Shown here: piece after piece, positions 1 to 9,608 of the stretch | Numbering within the stretch: position 1 is the first letter of the stretch | Layout: each line of letters opens with the position of its first letter | DNA from: Candidatus Anderseniibacteriota bacterium | GTDB taxonomy: Bacteria > Patescibacteriota > Andersenbacteria > UBA10190 | DNA length: 64,000 bases | Assembly: GCA_021414205.1 (NCBI GenBank) | Contig: JAIOOW010000002.1 | Coordinates: 89,520 to 153,519, forward strand | Reading direction: 5' to 3' | The notes under the pieces: generated by a model | What the model was told of the DNA's origin: nothing | What the model saw: the letters and a program-made list of their open reading frames with translations, nothing else | The model's database searches: none | Made by a program: the position numbers and the translations under genes

Positions 1-756
1 TATCCGATCTCGCCCGCAGATAATGATTTTGTTGCAGTAAACTGCGGCTTAAATACGCCAACCTCAACAACACGATCATCTACATTTGTTCCCAAAAACG
101 TGATTGATTCCCCTTGCTTAATTTCCCCCTCAACAACGCGTACATACGCAACGACGCCTTTGTAATCGTCGTAGACAGAATCGAAAATGAGAGCACGCAA
201 ATTTTTATCTTTTATTTCCGTTTTTGCAGGAGGAACTTTCTCGCATACTCGATCAAGCAGCTCAATCACTCCTTTTCCCGTCTTCGCAGAAATATGCAAA
301 ATGTCTTTCGGATCGACCCCAAGCAAATTCACAATTTCTTTTGTAACACCCTCTACGTCTGCTGCGGGTAAATCAATTTTATTGATTACTGGAATAATCT
401 CGAGATTTTGCTCGAGTGCAAAATACACGTTTGACACTGTTTGAGCTTGCACGCCTTGCGTAGCATCAACTAATAAAATAGCTCCCTCAACTGCCTTCAA
501 ACTTCGAGAAACTTCATACTGAAAATCCACGTGACCAGGAGTGTCGATTAAATTTAAAATATAATCCCTGTACTCCATGCGCACGGGTTGCAGTTTAATC
601 GTGATTCCTTTTTCGCGCTCCAATTCCATAGAGTCCAACAACTGCGCCTGCATATTTCTCATTTCAACGGTATGCGTTAACTCAAGCATGCGGTCGGCCA
701 GCGTGCTCTTTCCATGATCTATATGCGCAATGATGCAAAAATTACGTATTTCCATA
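1..756 (-). CDS. lepA: Elongation factor 4 (LepA), N-terminal part; gene continues beyond window start
   Basis: Minus-strand translation starts [25 protein letters not shown]...DTPGHVDF...NKIDLP (GTPase G1-G4) from ATG at 754-756. Confidence 0.9.
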
Positions 757-873
757 CAATTCACCTAAAATATCATAATATGGCTCTCTTGACAAGCGCA
801 CTATTTCAAACTACTTTTGATCTACGCGTTTTTTGTTCGCCCTTTCACTTTCCAATTAGATTGCGAGAACAAG

Positions 874-1338
874 ATGAGTGGACTTCCGAGTATTCGAGAC
901 TTGCCTGTGTTTGCCGACAACCTGCATACGTTCAGATTTGTTCAACCTTCAGTTGGCAATGGGGTCATCGCTCTACACCAAACGGATTCGAAGAGCTCTC
1001 CGCATCCGCGACTAGCGGCTATTCGAATACTTACGCTCTACCCATGCACTATCGTGCCCGTGCATGTTCATCGGAGAAAAGAAAAGACCTACATGGTTCG
1101 CGGACTTAGCACGCATCTGCAGGTTGTTATTTGGGATAATGGGGTGCCAACAACGTACATCGCGCAACATCAGCATGACTGCGTCACCGTTCCTGCGGGA
1201 TGCCCCCATGCACTCATATACTCTGCGACCCACGCAAGTGAGCTTACCGTCTATACGACATCGCAAGATGCAGACGACATCGAATGGGAATCCGATCTTG
1301 AGACGCTGCTTAAAAACGAACATTTACAACCTCGCTGA
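874..1338 (+). CDS. Cupin-domain protein (ORF could start at TTG 817)
   Basis: PVHVHRRKEKTYMVRG and VPAGCPHAL two-motif cupin signature; followed by terminator. Confidence 0.5.
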   Translation: MSGLPSIRDLPVFADNLHTFRFVQPSVGNGVIALHQTDSKSSPHPRLAAIRILTLYPCTIVPVHVHRRKEKTYMVRGLSTHLQVVIWDNGVPTTYIAQHQHDCVTVPAGCPHALIYSATHASELTVYTTSQDADDIEWESDLETLLKNEHLQPR

Positions 1339-1363
1339 CCACCAATCCTCGCAACATAGCTAT

Positions 1364-1396
1364 GCCGACACAGAACACTGCTGTCGGCTTTTTTAT
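1364..1396 (+). terminator. Rho-independent terminator after cupin gene
   Basis: GCCGACA-N11-TGTCGGC stem followed by TTTTTTATT. Confidence 0.6.
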
Positions 1397-1402
1397 TCAA
1401 AT

Positions 1403-1432
1403 AAAAAAGGAGCGTAGCTTCTTGCTAGCTCC
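1403..1432 (-). terminator. Minus-strand rho-independent terminator ending the 1433-1847 transcript
   Basis: GGAGC(G)TAGC-TTCTT-GCTAGCTCC hairpin; A-run 1403-1408 is a U-run on the minus strand. Confidence 0.55.
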
Positions 1433-1847
1433 TCGCAATTCAACCAGTGGTGAGTGTTTCTAGCCATTAAGAGCTACTCAATGGCGCAGAATTACCCCTG
1501 CAGTTCATTCATCACCTGCCCGACTCTTTACTAGAAGACGGACGCCGAAGGTGATTCCTAGGGCAGGAAAAGGGCTCGTACACAACCCTATGTACAGCAT
1601 GCCAAACATCCTTCATCAGCATACTAATTCCCTCGCATGTTACCCGACGAAGTCGCCTAGGGAGAATCATAAGGAGATTTCACATAGATCTTGTGTGGAA
1701 TATCCTCATCATCCTGAACTTAGAGTTCAGACATTCACTCACTACGTTTCGCCGCTAAGCAATTCATAGCAAGCCGCTCGAATTTCACGAGACCACCAGT
1801 TTTATAAAGAGCATATTTACGATACCCCCATCATCGCTCACGCGCAA
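1433..1847 (-). ncRNA. Candidate structured RNA or unusually long murJ 3' region (class unknown)
   Basis: About 415 nt without a credible ORF between the murJ stop and a minus-strand terminator; several local hairpins (e.g. CTGAACT-CTA-AGTTCAG). Confidence 0.25.
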
Positions 1848-3470
1848 CTATTCAATCAATCCAGAAAATCTCGGGGTGTCGGTACCCTTTGGTAACTTTA
1901 GTTTACGAGGAATATACCGCTTGATGATTTCCAGCTCCTCGCTCCTCAGTAAAATGCAAATAATAATATATACCAAAATACCTCCAGCAAATGCTCCAAT
2001 TAATTGCGTTAAAATACCCCAGAAGCGCTGCATATCTACCATATTTGCAATCGGAGTTTTAAGAAGCTGCGTCGTGATTGCAGCAACAATAGTTGCAACA
2101 ACCATCTTCCCGATACTCAGCAGCACTTTCTTATCATCAAATCCGTCCAGATGAACATGGAGAATACCAAGCAATACTGCGAGTTGAATAATTGTCGAGA
2201 CAGAAAACGCAATCGCAAGCCCCTGCACGCCGTACATATGCGCGAACGGAAATGCGATAATGCTGTTAATTGCGATACTGCCCAAAGAAATTAAAACGGG
2301 TACTCTCGTATTTTGCTGCGCATAAAATGCTCGAGTTAAAAGCGGAATTGTCGCCTGCGCAAAAATACTTACCACTAAAAATCCGAATGTTTCATATGTA
2401 GCGGTTGTATCTGCCCAGTTGAATGCGCCGTGTCCGAACAGCACGCGAATAATTTGCGCACGAAGCAAATAGAACAGAGCGGATGTAGGCACTACGAAAA
2501 ACATAATATATCGAAATGACTTTGTAATCGTATGTCGGAAGTCTGCTCTTTTTTTACGAGCAAATTGCTCCGCAAGAGTGGGAAATGCCGCCTGAGCAAA
2601 CGCAATGCCAAAAATTCCGATAGGAATATATTGAACATTGTTCGCCAGATGAAACGCTGAAATACTTCCGGAAAGTAGCCCGGATCCTATAATCGTCACG
2701 ATGAATAAGTTCGCCTGCTGCGCCGCGAGCCCGAATACTCTCGGCAACATCATTTTCCAAATCTGCAACAAATCTTTTGAGGAAGATATTAAAACGGGCT
2801 GCCACTTAAACCCAACTTTCAATACGCTCGGCAATTGTACTCCGGCGTGGAGCAATGCCCCGAGGACCACACCCCAACCTAATCCTGCAACGCCGAGATA
2901 TGGAACAAAATAAACGGCACCCGCTATAATCCCCAAATTATACAAAATAGGGGCTAGTGCATATGCAAAAAACTTTTTATAGGAATTCAAAATTCCAGAA
3001 AAGACGAAACTCACGCACAGTAAAATAGGCTGAAGCGCCATGATGCGCGACAGCATCACTGTCATCGCAAGCTTATCTCCAGCAAAGCCCGGGGCAATAA
3101 GCGGGATAATTTGCGGAGCAAATAGCGCAAAGCATACGCTGAATAAGCCGATCCCGATTCCCATCAAGTGTAGGATGGAAAGCGCAAAGCGATGAGCATC
3201 CTCCTCGCCTTTTTTGCCGGCCACCATTTTTTCTGTGAACAACGGAATAAATGCTGCAGACAATGCTCCGATAACAACCAGATTAAAAATAAGATCGGGA
3301 ATACGGAATGCAACGACAAATGAATCAAACGTATCGCCTGCTCCGAACGTTGAGGTAAACACCCGATCTCTCACTAATCCAACAATCCTACTCAATAACG
3401 AAGAAACGCCCAATAAAAGCGCTGCGGAGACTATCATTCCATTACTCGAATTCTTATGAGTTTGAGACAT
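1848..3470 (-). CDS. murJ: MurJ/MviN-family (MOP superfamily) lipid-linked glycan flippase
   Basis: 540 aa polytopic; N-terminus RIVGLVRDRVFTSTFGAGDTFDSFVVAFRIPDLIFNL typical of MurJ. Confidence 0.8.
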   Translation of the reverse strand: MSQTHKNSSNGMIVSAALLLGVSSLLSRIVGLVRDRVFTSTFGAGDTFDSFVVAFRIPDLIFNLVVIGALSAAFIPLFTEKMVAGKKGEEDAHRFALSILHLMGIGIGLFSVCFALFAPQIIPLIAPGFAGDKLAMTVMLSRIMALQPILLCVSFVFSGILNSYKKFFAYALAPILYNLGIIAGAVYFVPYLGVAGLGWGVVLGALLHAGVQLPSVLKVGFKWQPVLISSSKDLLQIWKMMLPRVFGLAAQQANLFIVTIIGSGLLSGSISAFHLANNVQYIPIGIFGIAFAQAAFPTLAEQFARKKRADFRHTITKSFRYIMFFVVPTSALFYLLRAQIIRVLFGHGAFNWADTTATYETFGFLVVSIFAQATIPLLTRAFYAQQNTRVPVLISLGSIAINSIIAFPFAHMYGVQGLAIAFSVSTIIQLAVLLGILHVHLDGFDDKKVLLSIGKMVVATIVAAITTQLLKTPIANMVDMQRFWGILTQLIGAFAGGILVYIIICILLRSEELEIIKRYIPRKLKLPKGTDTPRFSGLIE

Positions 3471-3475
3471 ACACG

Positions 3476-5935
3476 CTATTTTTCAACAACGGCGCCCACT
3501 AACGTGTCGCGCGCTTCATCCCCACGGTAAACGATAGAGGAATCTGAATCAAGAGTAACACCGGAATCTGGCGCATGATCAACAATCCTAAAGCCCTTCG
3601 GGAAGGCGATACTTGCAGATATTGTCGTCCTTTGCTGTCCGGGCTGTTTTACCAACGCAACCGAATATGAAGTAGCAGGATGCAATAGGCTCGGCATAAC
3701 AACTCCATGCGGAATCCTATAATGATACAGAGCAACCGATGTTTGCCCCGGCTTCGTGACCAGCCAATTTGCAAAATACGCATACCCAGATTCGCTGCCA
3801 ATAGTCGTCCCGTTTATCCCGCCATGCTGTTGCTGCTGCCAGTAGGCAATATCCGCATCCGCAGTTAGTTGCAACGTAGTATCTGGGACAAGGGGATGAG
3901 GAACGTCTTTTTCTTGCGTAAACCCTTGCGCATCAAGCAGTACTGCGTTTTTAGGAACAAGCACGCGCTGGTATATAACATTGTCTTTTTGAGACGGATC
4001 CTCTCCTGCTGGATAGGGATAATCAATCTTTTCATCAGGTCCGTGATGGGTTCTTCGAATCGTAGTAACTACATCCACATCTCCGTTTGCAAGTACTGTA
4101 TTGCGCGTGTCTATTTCCTGAGATACAAACTGATCGCTCTTGTGTCCTCCAATATTGGCATTATCGATCATTAAAAATCCTTGAGTATCTTGAGGGATTA
4201 CCCCAGACCAACCCAGATTTTCGACTTCTTGCTGCGCAGATTCGTTCTTGAAATACAGCAAGATATCTTTGTCTGATAGCGAATTCGTAATTGCCGTAAG
4301 AGTCGCCAAGCGATCGGCAGGCTTTGCAGTATCATCAGCTGAAGCAAATAATTTGGACAGCAATATTGGAGTTAGGTCTGCTAGAAACTGCTTTGGCTTA
4401 TTTACCAAATGATCATAATTATACGTAACCTCTCCTTGTGTAACAGTCACAAAATTATCAGCCGTCACATCTACATCGTACCCAGGAACATGGATAGGCC
4501 CAGTTACTGATAATAAATTTTTTATCACATCAGGTGTAAATAAAATCACTCCATCAACCGTAGGGCCGTTTTCCTGCTCCAAGAAGTCGCTGGCTTTTTG
4601 CGCATCCTTTTTATAATCAACAAACCAATTTGAATCCCTCAAATACCAACGATCCGTAATTGGGGTAAGAGGTTCTGGCGGCGCAATAACTGTTTTCAAT
4701 TGCCCATCTCTATCGTAAACGCTTTGCACATCAATATTTTCAACCTTGCCCTTTGAAACATTCACCACTGCCGTACTGCCGATAAACCCGCCCACTGGGC
4801 GCAATTCATCGTTGTTCGCAAACATAATCAGATACTGACGATCTCGATCTGCGCCCAATAACGTGAGCAACGTTCCGCTTTCGGAATTTAAATGATGAAT
4901 AACTGCGAGCAATTTCGGCAACACTGTTTTTAGCGTGATTACCTGGTCTGCTACCTGCTTGGGCAACATTCCCGTAGAAACACCTGCCAGCTGATCATTT
5001 GCAGACGATATATCTTGCTCCGCATTTGCAAGTTCCGGCTGTGCCAGCTTCATCGCATCGGTGAGTGATGTTCCCGTATTTGTTTTTCCAATCATCTGTA
5101 CCGCATTTGCAATATGCTCACCCGCAGAACTAATTTTTATACCGGCAGACAAAAGAGTGGATCCGGATTTAATAGAGCCCGTTACATCCAATACGCTTAA
5201 AATATTTTTATTGCTTGCAAGCGCGCTGTCCATTTCATGCTGAGCCGTTACAAACTCAACGCCAGCAGATGCAAACGAGAGTTTGCTCGCATCGCTGCCT
5301 GTATCCGCCAATGCAGATCCTGCTTTCGTCATATCAGCGATTGCATTTTTTACCCTGCTTTCAACCGATGCAAGCACCTGCATCCCGCGACCGGCTGCTT
5401 GCAGATTCCAAATTGCAAACGATAAAAACGTAAACCCGATAAGCAAGATGATAAGGCCTGGGGTTCGATGCGAAATATTCGGCATTGAGATGCGCGATAA
5501 GCTTGGCGACTTCATCACAGAAGACCTACTTGGCAGAGATACGCCACGATTCAACGACGCTCGAGTAAGACTCGGTGCGCTTTCTTTCAAATTTGCAGTA
5601 CCTGATGATTGAGGGAATCGATAATCGACATCTCGCTCCGCAATAGGCATGTTTCCGAATACCCCAACACTGGAAAATGTATTTTTTGCCTTCTCTTTAT
5701 TTTTTGCGATTATATCAAAGTGGCGCCCACTTGGTTTTCTTTGCCACTTCCCCTTGCTACTCGCACTATCTGCAAGCACATCTTTTTTCTTCCGATAATT
5801 ATATCGAAAAGGATCCGGAGTATCGTTGGGCGGAATGATATCGTACACACTCTCATTATAGCGCGTTCTCGTATGCCCGTATATGCGCCGCTGCCGTACT
5901 GCCTGCCTGAAAACGTTCCGCATTTTGCCGGCCAA
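3476..5935 (-). CDS. DUF4012-domain membrane-anchored protein (start uncertain; the N-terminal ~95 codons overlap the upstream GT gene)
   Basis: ELRPVGGFIGS hallmark motif of DUF4012; single TM (LIILLIGFTFLSFAIW); long Ser/Thr-rich ectodomain. Confidence 0.6.
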   Translation of the reverse strand: MAGKMRNVFRQAVRQRRIYGHTRTRYNESVYDIIPPNDTPDPFRYNYRKKKDVLADSASSKGKWQRKPSGRHFDIIAKNKEKAKNTFSSVGVFGNMPIAERDVDYRFPQSSGTANLKESAPSLTRASLNRGVSLPSRSSVMKSPSLSRISMPNISHRTPGLIILLIGFTFLSFAIWNLQAAGRGMQVLASVESRVKNAIADMTKAGSALADTGSDASKLSFASAGVEFVTAQHEMDSALASNKNILSVLDVTGSIKSGSTLLSAGIKISSAGEHIANAVQMIGKTNTGTSLTDAMKLAQPELANAEQDISSANDQLAGVSTGMLPKQVADQVITLKTVLPKLLAVIHHLNSESGTLLTLLGADRDRQYLIMFANNDELRPVGGFIGSTAVVNVSKGKVENIDVQSVYDRDGQLKTVIAPPEPLTPITDRWYLRDSNWFVDYKKDAQKASDFLEQENGPTVDGVILFTPDVIKNLLSVTGPIHVPGYDVDVTADNFVTVTQGEVTYNYDHLVNKPKQFLADLTPILLSKLFASADDTAKPADRLATLTAITNSLSDKDILLYFKNESAQQEVENLGWSGVIPQDTQGFLMIDNANIGGHKSDQFVSQEIDTRNTVLANGDVDVVTTIRRTHHGPDEKIDYPYPAGEDPSQKDNVIYQRVLVPKNAVLLDAQGFTQEKDVPHPLVPDTTLQLTADADIAYWQQQQHGGINGTTIGSESGYAYFANWLVTKPGQTSVALYHYRIPHGVVMPSLLHPATSYSVALVKQPGQQRTTISASIAFPKGFRIVDHAPDSGVTLDSDSSIVYRGDEARDTLVGAVVEK

Positions 5936-6974
5936 GCAGCTTTAGAGTATTTGCATAATCATCATCCTCCAATACGGCGCTTATCCCTCGAGCAATATCA
6001 TGAGCGCTTTCCGGATTCGCATACCCAGCGCTCTTTTGAAGCAGTTCCGGCATGCTCGAAACATTTGAAGCAACGACGGGCGTTCCGCACGCCTGTGCCT
6101 CAAGTGGCGGTAATCCATACCCCTCATATAAACTTGGGAACGCCATAAGACTTGCCTCTGCATACAACGCCGGCAAAAGCTCATCTGGAACAAAGCCTGG
6201 AAAAACAATATGTTTCGCAAGATTTTTTTCTTGCACATATTCAATCAAATCGCTATAGCCATCTTGATACTTTCCGGTGATAACAAGCGTAGTATCAGGG
6301 TGCGCCTGTAACACTATCTCAAATGCATCAATAAGTCTGAATATATTTTTGTGGCTCATCCATACTCCCACAAAAAGAATGTAGTTATTTTTTGTGTTTA
6401 TATACTCGCGAACTTTTTTCCTGCTATCTTCTGAAATTTCTTGAAAAAATTTCTGTTCCAACCCCTCATAGATAACATCTACTTTTTTAGCTTGAAACGG
6501 CAATAATTGCATATCACGGGCAGTTGTTTTTGAAACGGCAATAACACTTCGAGCATTCTTTACCGCACTTGCAAACACGTATTCATACCCAACTTGCTGC
6601 AATAATGACTGCCGTTTCTGCCCAGGAAAAATAAATCGTGTAATATCATGAATCGTTACGATATATGGTTTTTTGTATAGCACCGGGACATTAAAATGCG
6701 CAAAATGAACTACGTCAATATTTTTCAAGTTATCTAATTGCTGCAAAAACATTGTCTGTTCTTTCAAAGAATAATAGCTTGGCTCCACGCCGATATATTC
6801 GAATATATTATTCGTATCCCCTAATTCGGTTCGAATTACTTCTTCCTGCCCCTCTGGAACAAGTAGTGTAAAGTGGTGCCCGCGCTGATTGTCATAATAT
6901 TCAAATGCCAGATTCCGAATATATCGGCCGATCCCTGTCCAATTCCATGCCCTGGCGTCTAGTGCGATACGCAT
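5856..6974 (-). CDS. Glycosyltransferase family 1 (GT4)
   Basis: MRIALDARAW...GIGRY N-terminus and C-terminal EGYGLPPLEAQACGTPVV motif. Confidence 0.8.
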   Translation of the reverse strand: MRIALDARAWNWTGIGRYIRNLAFEYYDNQRGHHFTLLVPEGQEEVIRTELGDTNNIFEYIGVEPSYYSLKEQTMFLQQLDNLKNIDVVHFAHFNVPVLYKKPYIVTIHDITRFIFPGQKRQSLLQQVGYEYVFASAVKNARSVIAVSKTTARDMQLLPFQAKKVDVIYEGLEQKFFQEISEDSRKKVREYINTKNNYILFVGVWMSHKNIFRLIDAFEIVLQAHPDTTLVITGKYQDGYSDLIEYVQEKNLAKHIVFPGFVPDELLPALYAEASLMAFPSLYEGYGLPPLEAQACGTPVVASNVSSMPELLQKSAGYANPESAHDIARGISAVLEDDDYANTLKLLGRQNAERFQAGSTAAAHIRAYENAL

Positions 6975-6994
6975 AGAAAAAGCGTATCACGAGA

Positions 6995-7050
6995 ATTTTT
7001 AGAAAAGAAAAGAACCCCTTCACGCATTCTCAAATGATGAGAATGAGGGT
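6995..7050 (-). terminator. Hairpin plus U-tract terminator downstream of the 7087-7740 gene
   Basis: CATTCTCA-AATGA-TGAGAATG within a longer imperfect stem, then a TTCTTTTCTTTTCT-like U-rich tract on the minus strand; second hairpin GGAACA-TTTC-TGTTCC at 7058-7073. Confidence 0.45.
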
Positions 7051-7086
7051 TCGTACGGGAACATTTCTGTTCCAATTGCGCAACCT

Positions 7087-7740
7087 TTATGCAGCCACAT
7101 CTGCTTCGCAACGAACTGGAAGGAGCTCGATCGAATCGGCCAGAAAGCGCAGTTCCATTTCTGCTGCCAAGGCGACTTTGTCAGACGCTTTGCCGCTCCG
7201 TTCACCACGCGGCCACACCATAATTGAACGACCAGTAGCCGGATCAATAAGCGGGGTGCGCGCCGTCATGTTCACCATGACGGCAAACTCACCTTCGACA
7301 AGCTCATGGTCAACAAACAACGGATTGATATAGGCTTGCGTTGCCCACATCGATTCTTGAAGCATCGCCCCGAGCATTAGGCGAACCTGGTCCCGAATGT
7401 TGATGAAAGCTGGCTTTGGTTCGGCGAATTCCTTTCTCGCAAACACAAACCGAACGATGTACGCAGGCTTGCCTCCACCGCTTGCTGGCCTCGGCTGGTA
7501 GAATGCGTCCACCAGGACGTACCCAAGCCCATCAAGCTCTGCCAACGCATCAGCAACACCGACATCCTGAGTTGGAGTTATAAACTCCTGGCCAGTCGCT
7601 GAATTACTCCGCGAACCTTGTTGTGCGGGCAATGCACGAATGAGCGCTGGAATCAACGCTTCGTTCGTAAACCGAAACTGCAGGCCAACTGTTCGCACTG
7701 ATTGACCAATGCCACCTACGCTCTGATTCTGGACTTGCAC
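7087..7740 (-). CDS. Hypothetical protein, compositionally atypical (GC-rich, Ala-rich); GTG start
   Basis: 217 aa ORF; AAGGAG RBS 7 nt before GTG; own promoter and terminator; no family recognised. Confidence 0.55.
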   Translation of the reverse strand: MQVQNQSVGGIGQSVRTVGLQFRFTNEALIPALIRALPAQQGSRSNSATGQEFITPTQDVGVADALAELDGLGYVLVDAFYQPRPASGGGKPAYIVRFVFARKEFAEPKPAFINIRDQVRLMLGAMLQESMWATQAYINPLFVDHELVEGEFAVMVNMTARTPLIDPATGRSIMVWPRGERSGKASDKVALAAEMELRFLADSIELLPVRCEADVAA

Positions 7741-7802
7741 GACTGTTCTCCTTGTAAAAAACGTGCTATCAAACCGAAAATCAAGACATCAACACTTTCA
7801 TC

Positions 7803-7831
7803 ATAATATTACATAAATTGTATTTTGTCAA
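7803..7831 (-). promoter_or_regulatory. Sigma70-like promoter TTGACA-N17-TATTAT for the 7087-7740 gene
   Basis: Minus strand reads TTGACAaaatacaatttatgtaaTATTAT; RBS AAGGAG downstream. Confidence 0.5.
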
Positions 7832-7843
7832 TATTATTCTGTT

Positions 7844-8959
7844 TTAGGCAACTTTCTCCAAAATATCAGCCACTTTACTTGCAGATTGTTCCCACGAGTA
7901 TTTTTCTAAAATCTGCTTACGAACGTTGTGCGGCACGCGCTTGGGGGTGCGCAATAATTCGGCAAGAACTAAGGCTAAATGGGGAGTGTTGTATGGGTCA
8001 ATTAACGTTGCCCACTGACCTACTACTTCCGGAAGTGAAGAATTAAACGAAACGACTACCGGTGTTCCAGCTAATAGCGCCTCAAGAGGCGGAAAGCCGA
8101 ATCCTTCATAAAAACTTGGATATATGAATAAGTCTGCAGCAGCATATAATGCGCCCTTGTCCTGCTCTTCTACGAAACCGATCATATGAATCTTGTGCTT
8201 GTAATGCGACACCGAGATTGCATCTATAATTTCGCGAGATTTCCACCCGCTCTCTCCCGCCAATACTAAATGGTGAGGAATGCGGTCTGCAATCGCAGAG
8301 AACGCTTCAATAATTGCTGGAATATTTTTTCTCGGCTCGAGCGCACCAAAAAATAAAATAAAATGTTCCGGCAAATGATACGCACTTTTAATTCGATGCA
8401 AATCAACCTGCGACACAACCGGAGTGCTTGGAACCCCTGGATATACAACAGAAATATTGTTTTCAGAAATACCATAATGTTCCTGAAGATCGTTTTTCGT
8501 ATGCTCTGAAACGGCAATAACATAGCTGGATTTTTGAAATAACTTCTTTGGTTGCATGGCTATATGCCATATTTTTCGTTTCCACGTTAAAAATTCCGGA
8601 AACCGTTCATACGAAATATCGTGCGCAACTGTAACGAACGGCTTTCCTGACGACAAGGGAACCAGCCGAGGATTGGGAACGAAGAAAACATCTATTGGAA
8701 CCGGCAGCAATTTGTCCCATTTTGGAAAACCGAATAGTAGCTGCAATGTGTTGAATATCTTATTTGGATAGCGAAATGCATGAACTGAAACGTTTTCTCG
8801 AAACGTTGGCAATTGCACTGCCTTTGCAGCATTGTAAAACAAATGATAGTGATGACGCGGCCGAACGCGAGAAAGCGTATCGATCATTCTGGTTGTATAT
8901 TCTTCTACTCCGGTATGTCGCCCCTCCATTAACGACCGTGCATCAATGGCAATATGCAT
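7844..8959 (-). CDS. Glycosyltransferase family 1 (GT4)
   Basis: MHIAIDARSLMEGRHTGVEEYT N-terminus; EGFGFPPLEALLAGTPVV motif; start chosen at ATG 8959, 4 nt after the upstream stop. Confidence 0.8.
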   Translation of the reverse strand: MHIAIDARSLMEGRHTGVEEYTTRMIDTLSRVRPRHHYHLFYNAAKAVQLPTFRENVSVHAFRYPNKIFNTLQLLFGFPKWDKLLPVPIDVFFVPNPRLVPLSSGKPFVTVAHDISYERFPEFLTWKRKIWHIAMQPKKLFQKSSYVIAVSEHTKNDLQEHYGISENNISVVYPGVPSTPVVSQVDLHRIKSAYHLPEHFILFFGALEPRKNIPAIIEAFSAIADRIPHHLVLAGESGWKSREIIDAISVSHYKHKIHMIGFVEEQDKGALYAAADLFIYPSFYEGFGFPPLEALLAGTPVVVSFNSSLPEVVGQWATLIDPYNTPHLALVLAELLRTPKRVPHNVRKQILEKYSWEQSASKVADILEKVA

Positions 8960-8963
8960 AGAA

Positions 8964-9599
8964 TTAGTCCTCACCCCTTTTAAGTGCTTCATAAAAAAGC
9001 ACAATAAGCGCAGCTATAGCAAGCGCGAACACGAGAGTAATTAACGCGATAGGCAGCACTGCAACACGAACAGTTCCCGTCCAGGCATTTGTCTGAGTAA
9101 GAGAAAATTGAGCCGTGTCTTTATTCTTTTTGTTATAGTCGCTCACCGCGTTTTGGGTAACGCTATCAACGGCGCGTGCCAATGCTTCAGCATTGCTTTT
9201 TGAAGCATCGACAACTGTTACCTGAACGAGCTGAGACGCCGCCTTTTCGGCCTTCACCTGCTTTGCAAGATCAATAGGATCCTGAGATGCAAGAGGAATA
9301 TTTGCAGAAGCGTATGCGCTTACAATTTGCTCCGGGGACATAATAAGCGATGCCAATGTTGCAGAAAACAGTTCAGTGCCGGAAATTGAATAATATCCAT
9401 CATATCGAAAAGCAGGAGAAGCATCGCGCTGTTGCTGCGCGATCATATATGAAAAATGAACCTCATAGGAAGGCGGTGTTTTACTCGCAACCGCATACGC
9501 AATACCAAAAGCTAGTACGCCGACAAGTACCATCATGGGCAAATTGCGCCATAATGCCATAATTGACTGCTCTACATCTTTTTGAGGACTTACATGCAT
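8964..9599 (-). CDS. Wzz/polysaccharide co-polymerase-like protein (two terminal TM helices)
   Basis: N-terminal and C-terminal TM segments around a hydrophilic Ala/Gln-rich middle; sits inside the glycan cluster. Confidence 0.4.
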   Translation of the reverse strand: MHVSPQKDVEQSIMALWRNLPMMVLVGVLAFGIAYAVASKTPPSYEVHFSYMIAQQQRDASPAFRYDGYYSISGTELFSATLASLIMSPEQIVSAYASANIPLASQDPIDLAKQVKAEKAASQLVQVTVVDASKSNAEALARAVDSVTQNAVSDYNKKNKDTAQFSLTQTNAWTGTVRVAVLPIALITLVFALAIAALIVLFYEALKRGED

Positions 9600-9608
9600 A
9601 TCATATGA

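Noticed and set aside
1433-1847. tmRNA (ssrA) hypothesis for the ORF-free stretch downstream of murJ
   Set aside because: Neither strand shows a GGGG...acceptor 5' end pairing with a 3' ...CCACCA. There is no GGTTCGAATCC-type T-loop and no in-frame tag ending in ALAA-like residues. Kept only as an unclassified candidate RNA.
1848-3470. Calling the MOP-family transporter a Wzx O-antigen flippase instead of MurJ
   Set aside because: The N-terminal motif block (GAGDTFDSFVVAFRIPDLIFNL) matches MurJ/MviN much better than Wzx. Functional ambiguity is noted in the cluster finding rather than in the gene call.
3476-5935. Possibility that the long basic N-terminal 95 codons of the DUF4012 ORF form a separate gene or a programmed frameshift with the upstream GT4
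   Set aside because: The overlap with the GT4 stop is in a different frame with no slippery motif seen. An internal Met (about 5650) or alternative start is the more plausible explanation; left as start uncertainty.
5609-6148. 179-aa plus-strand ORF
   Set aside because: Antisense to the DUF4012 and GT4 genes; no motif support.
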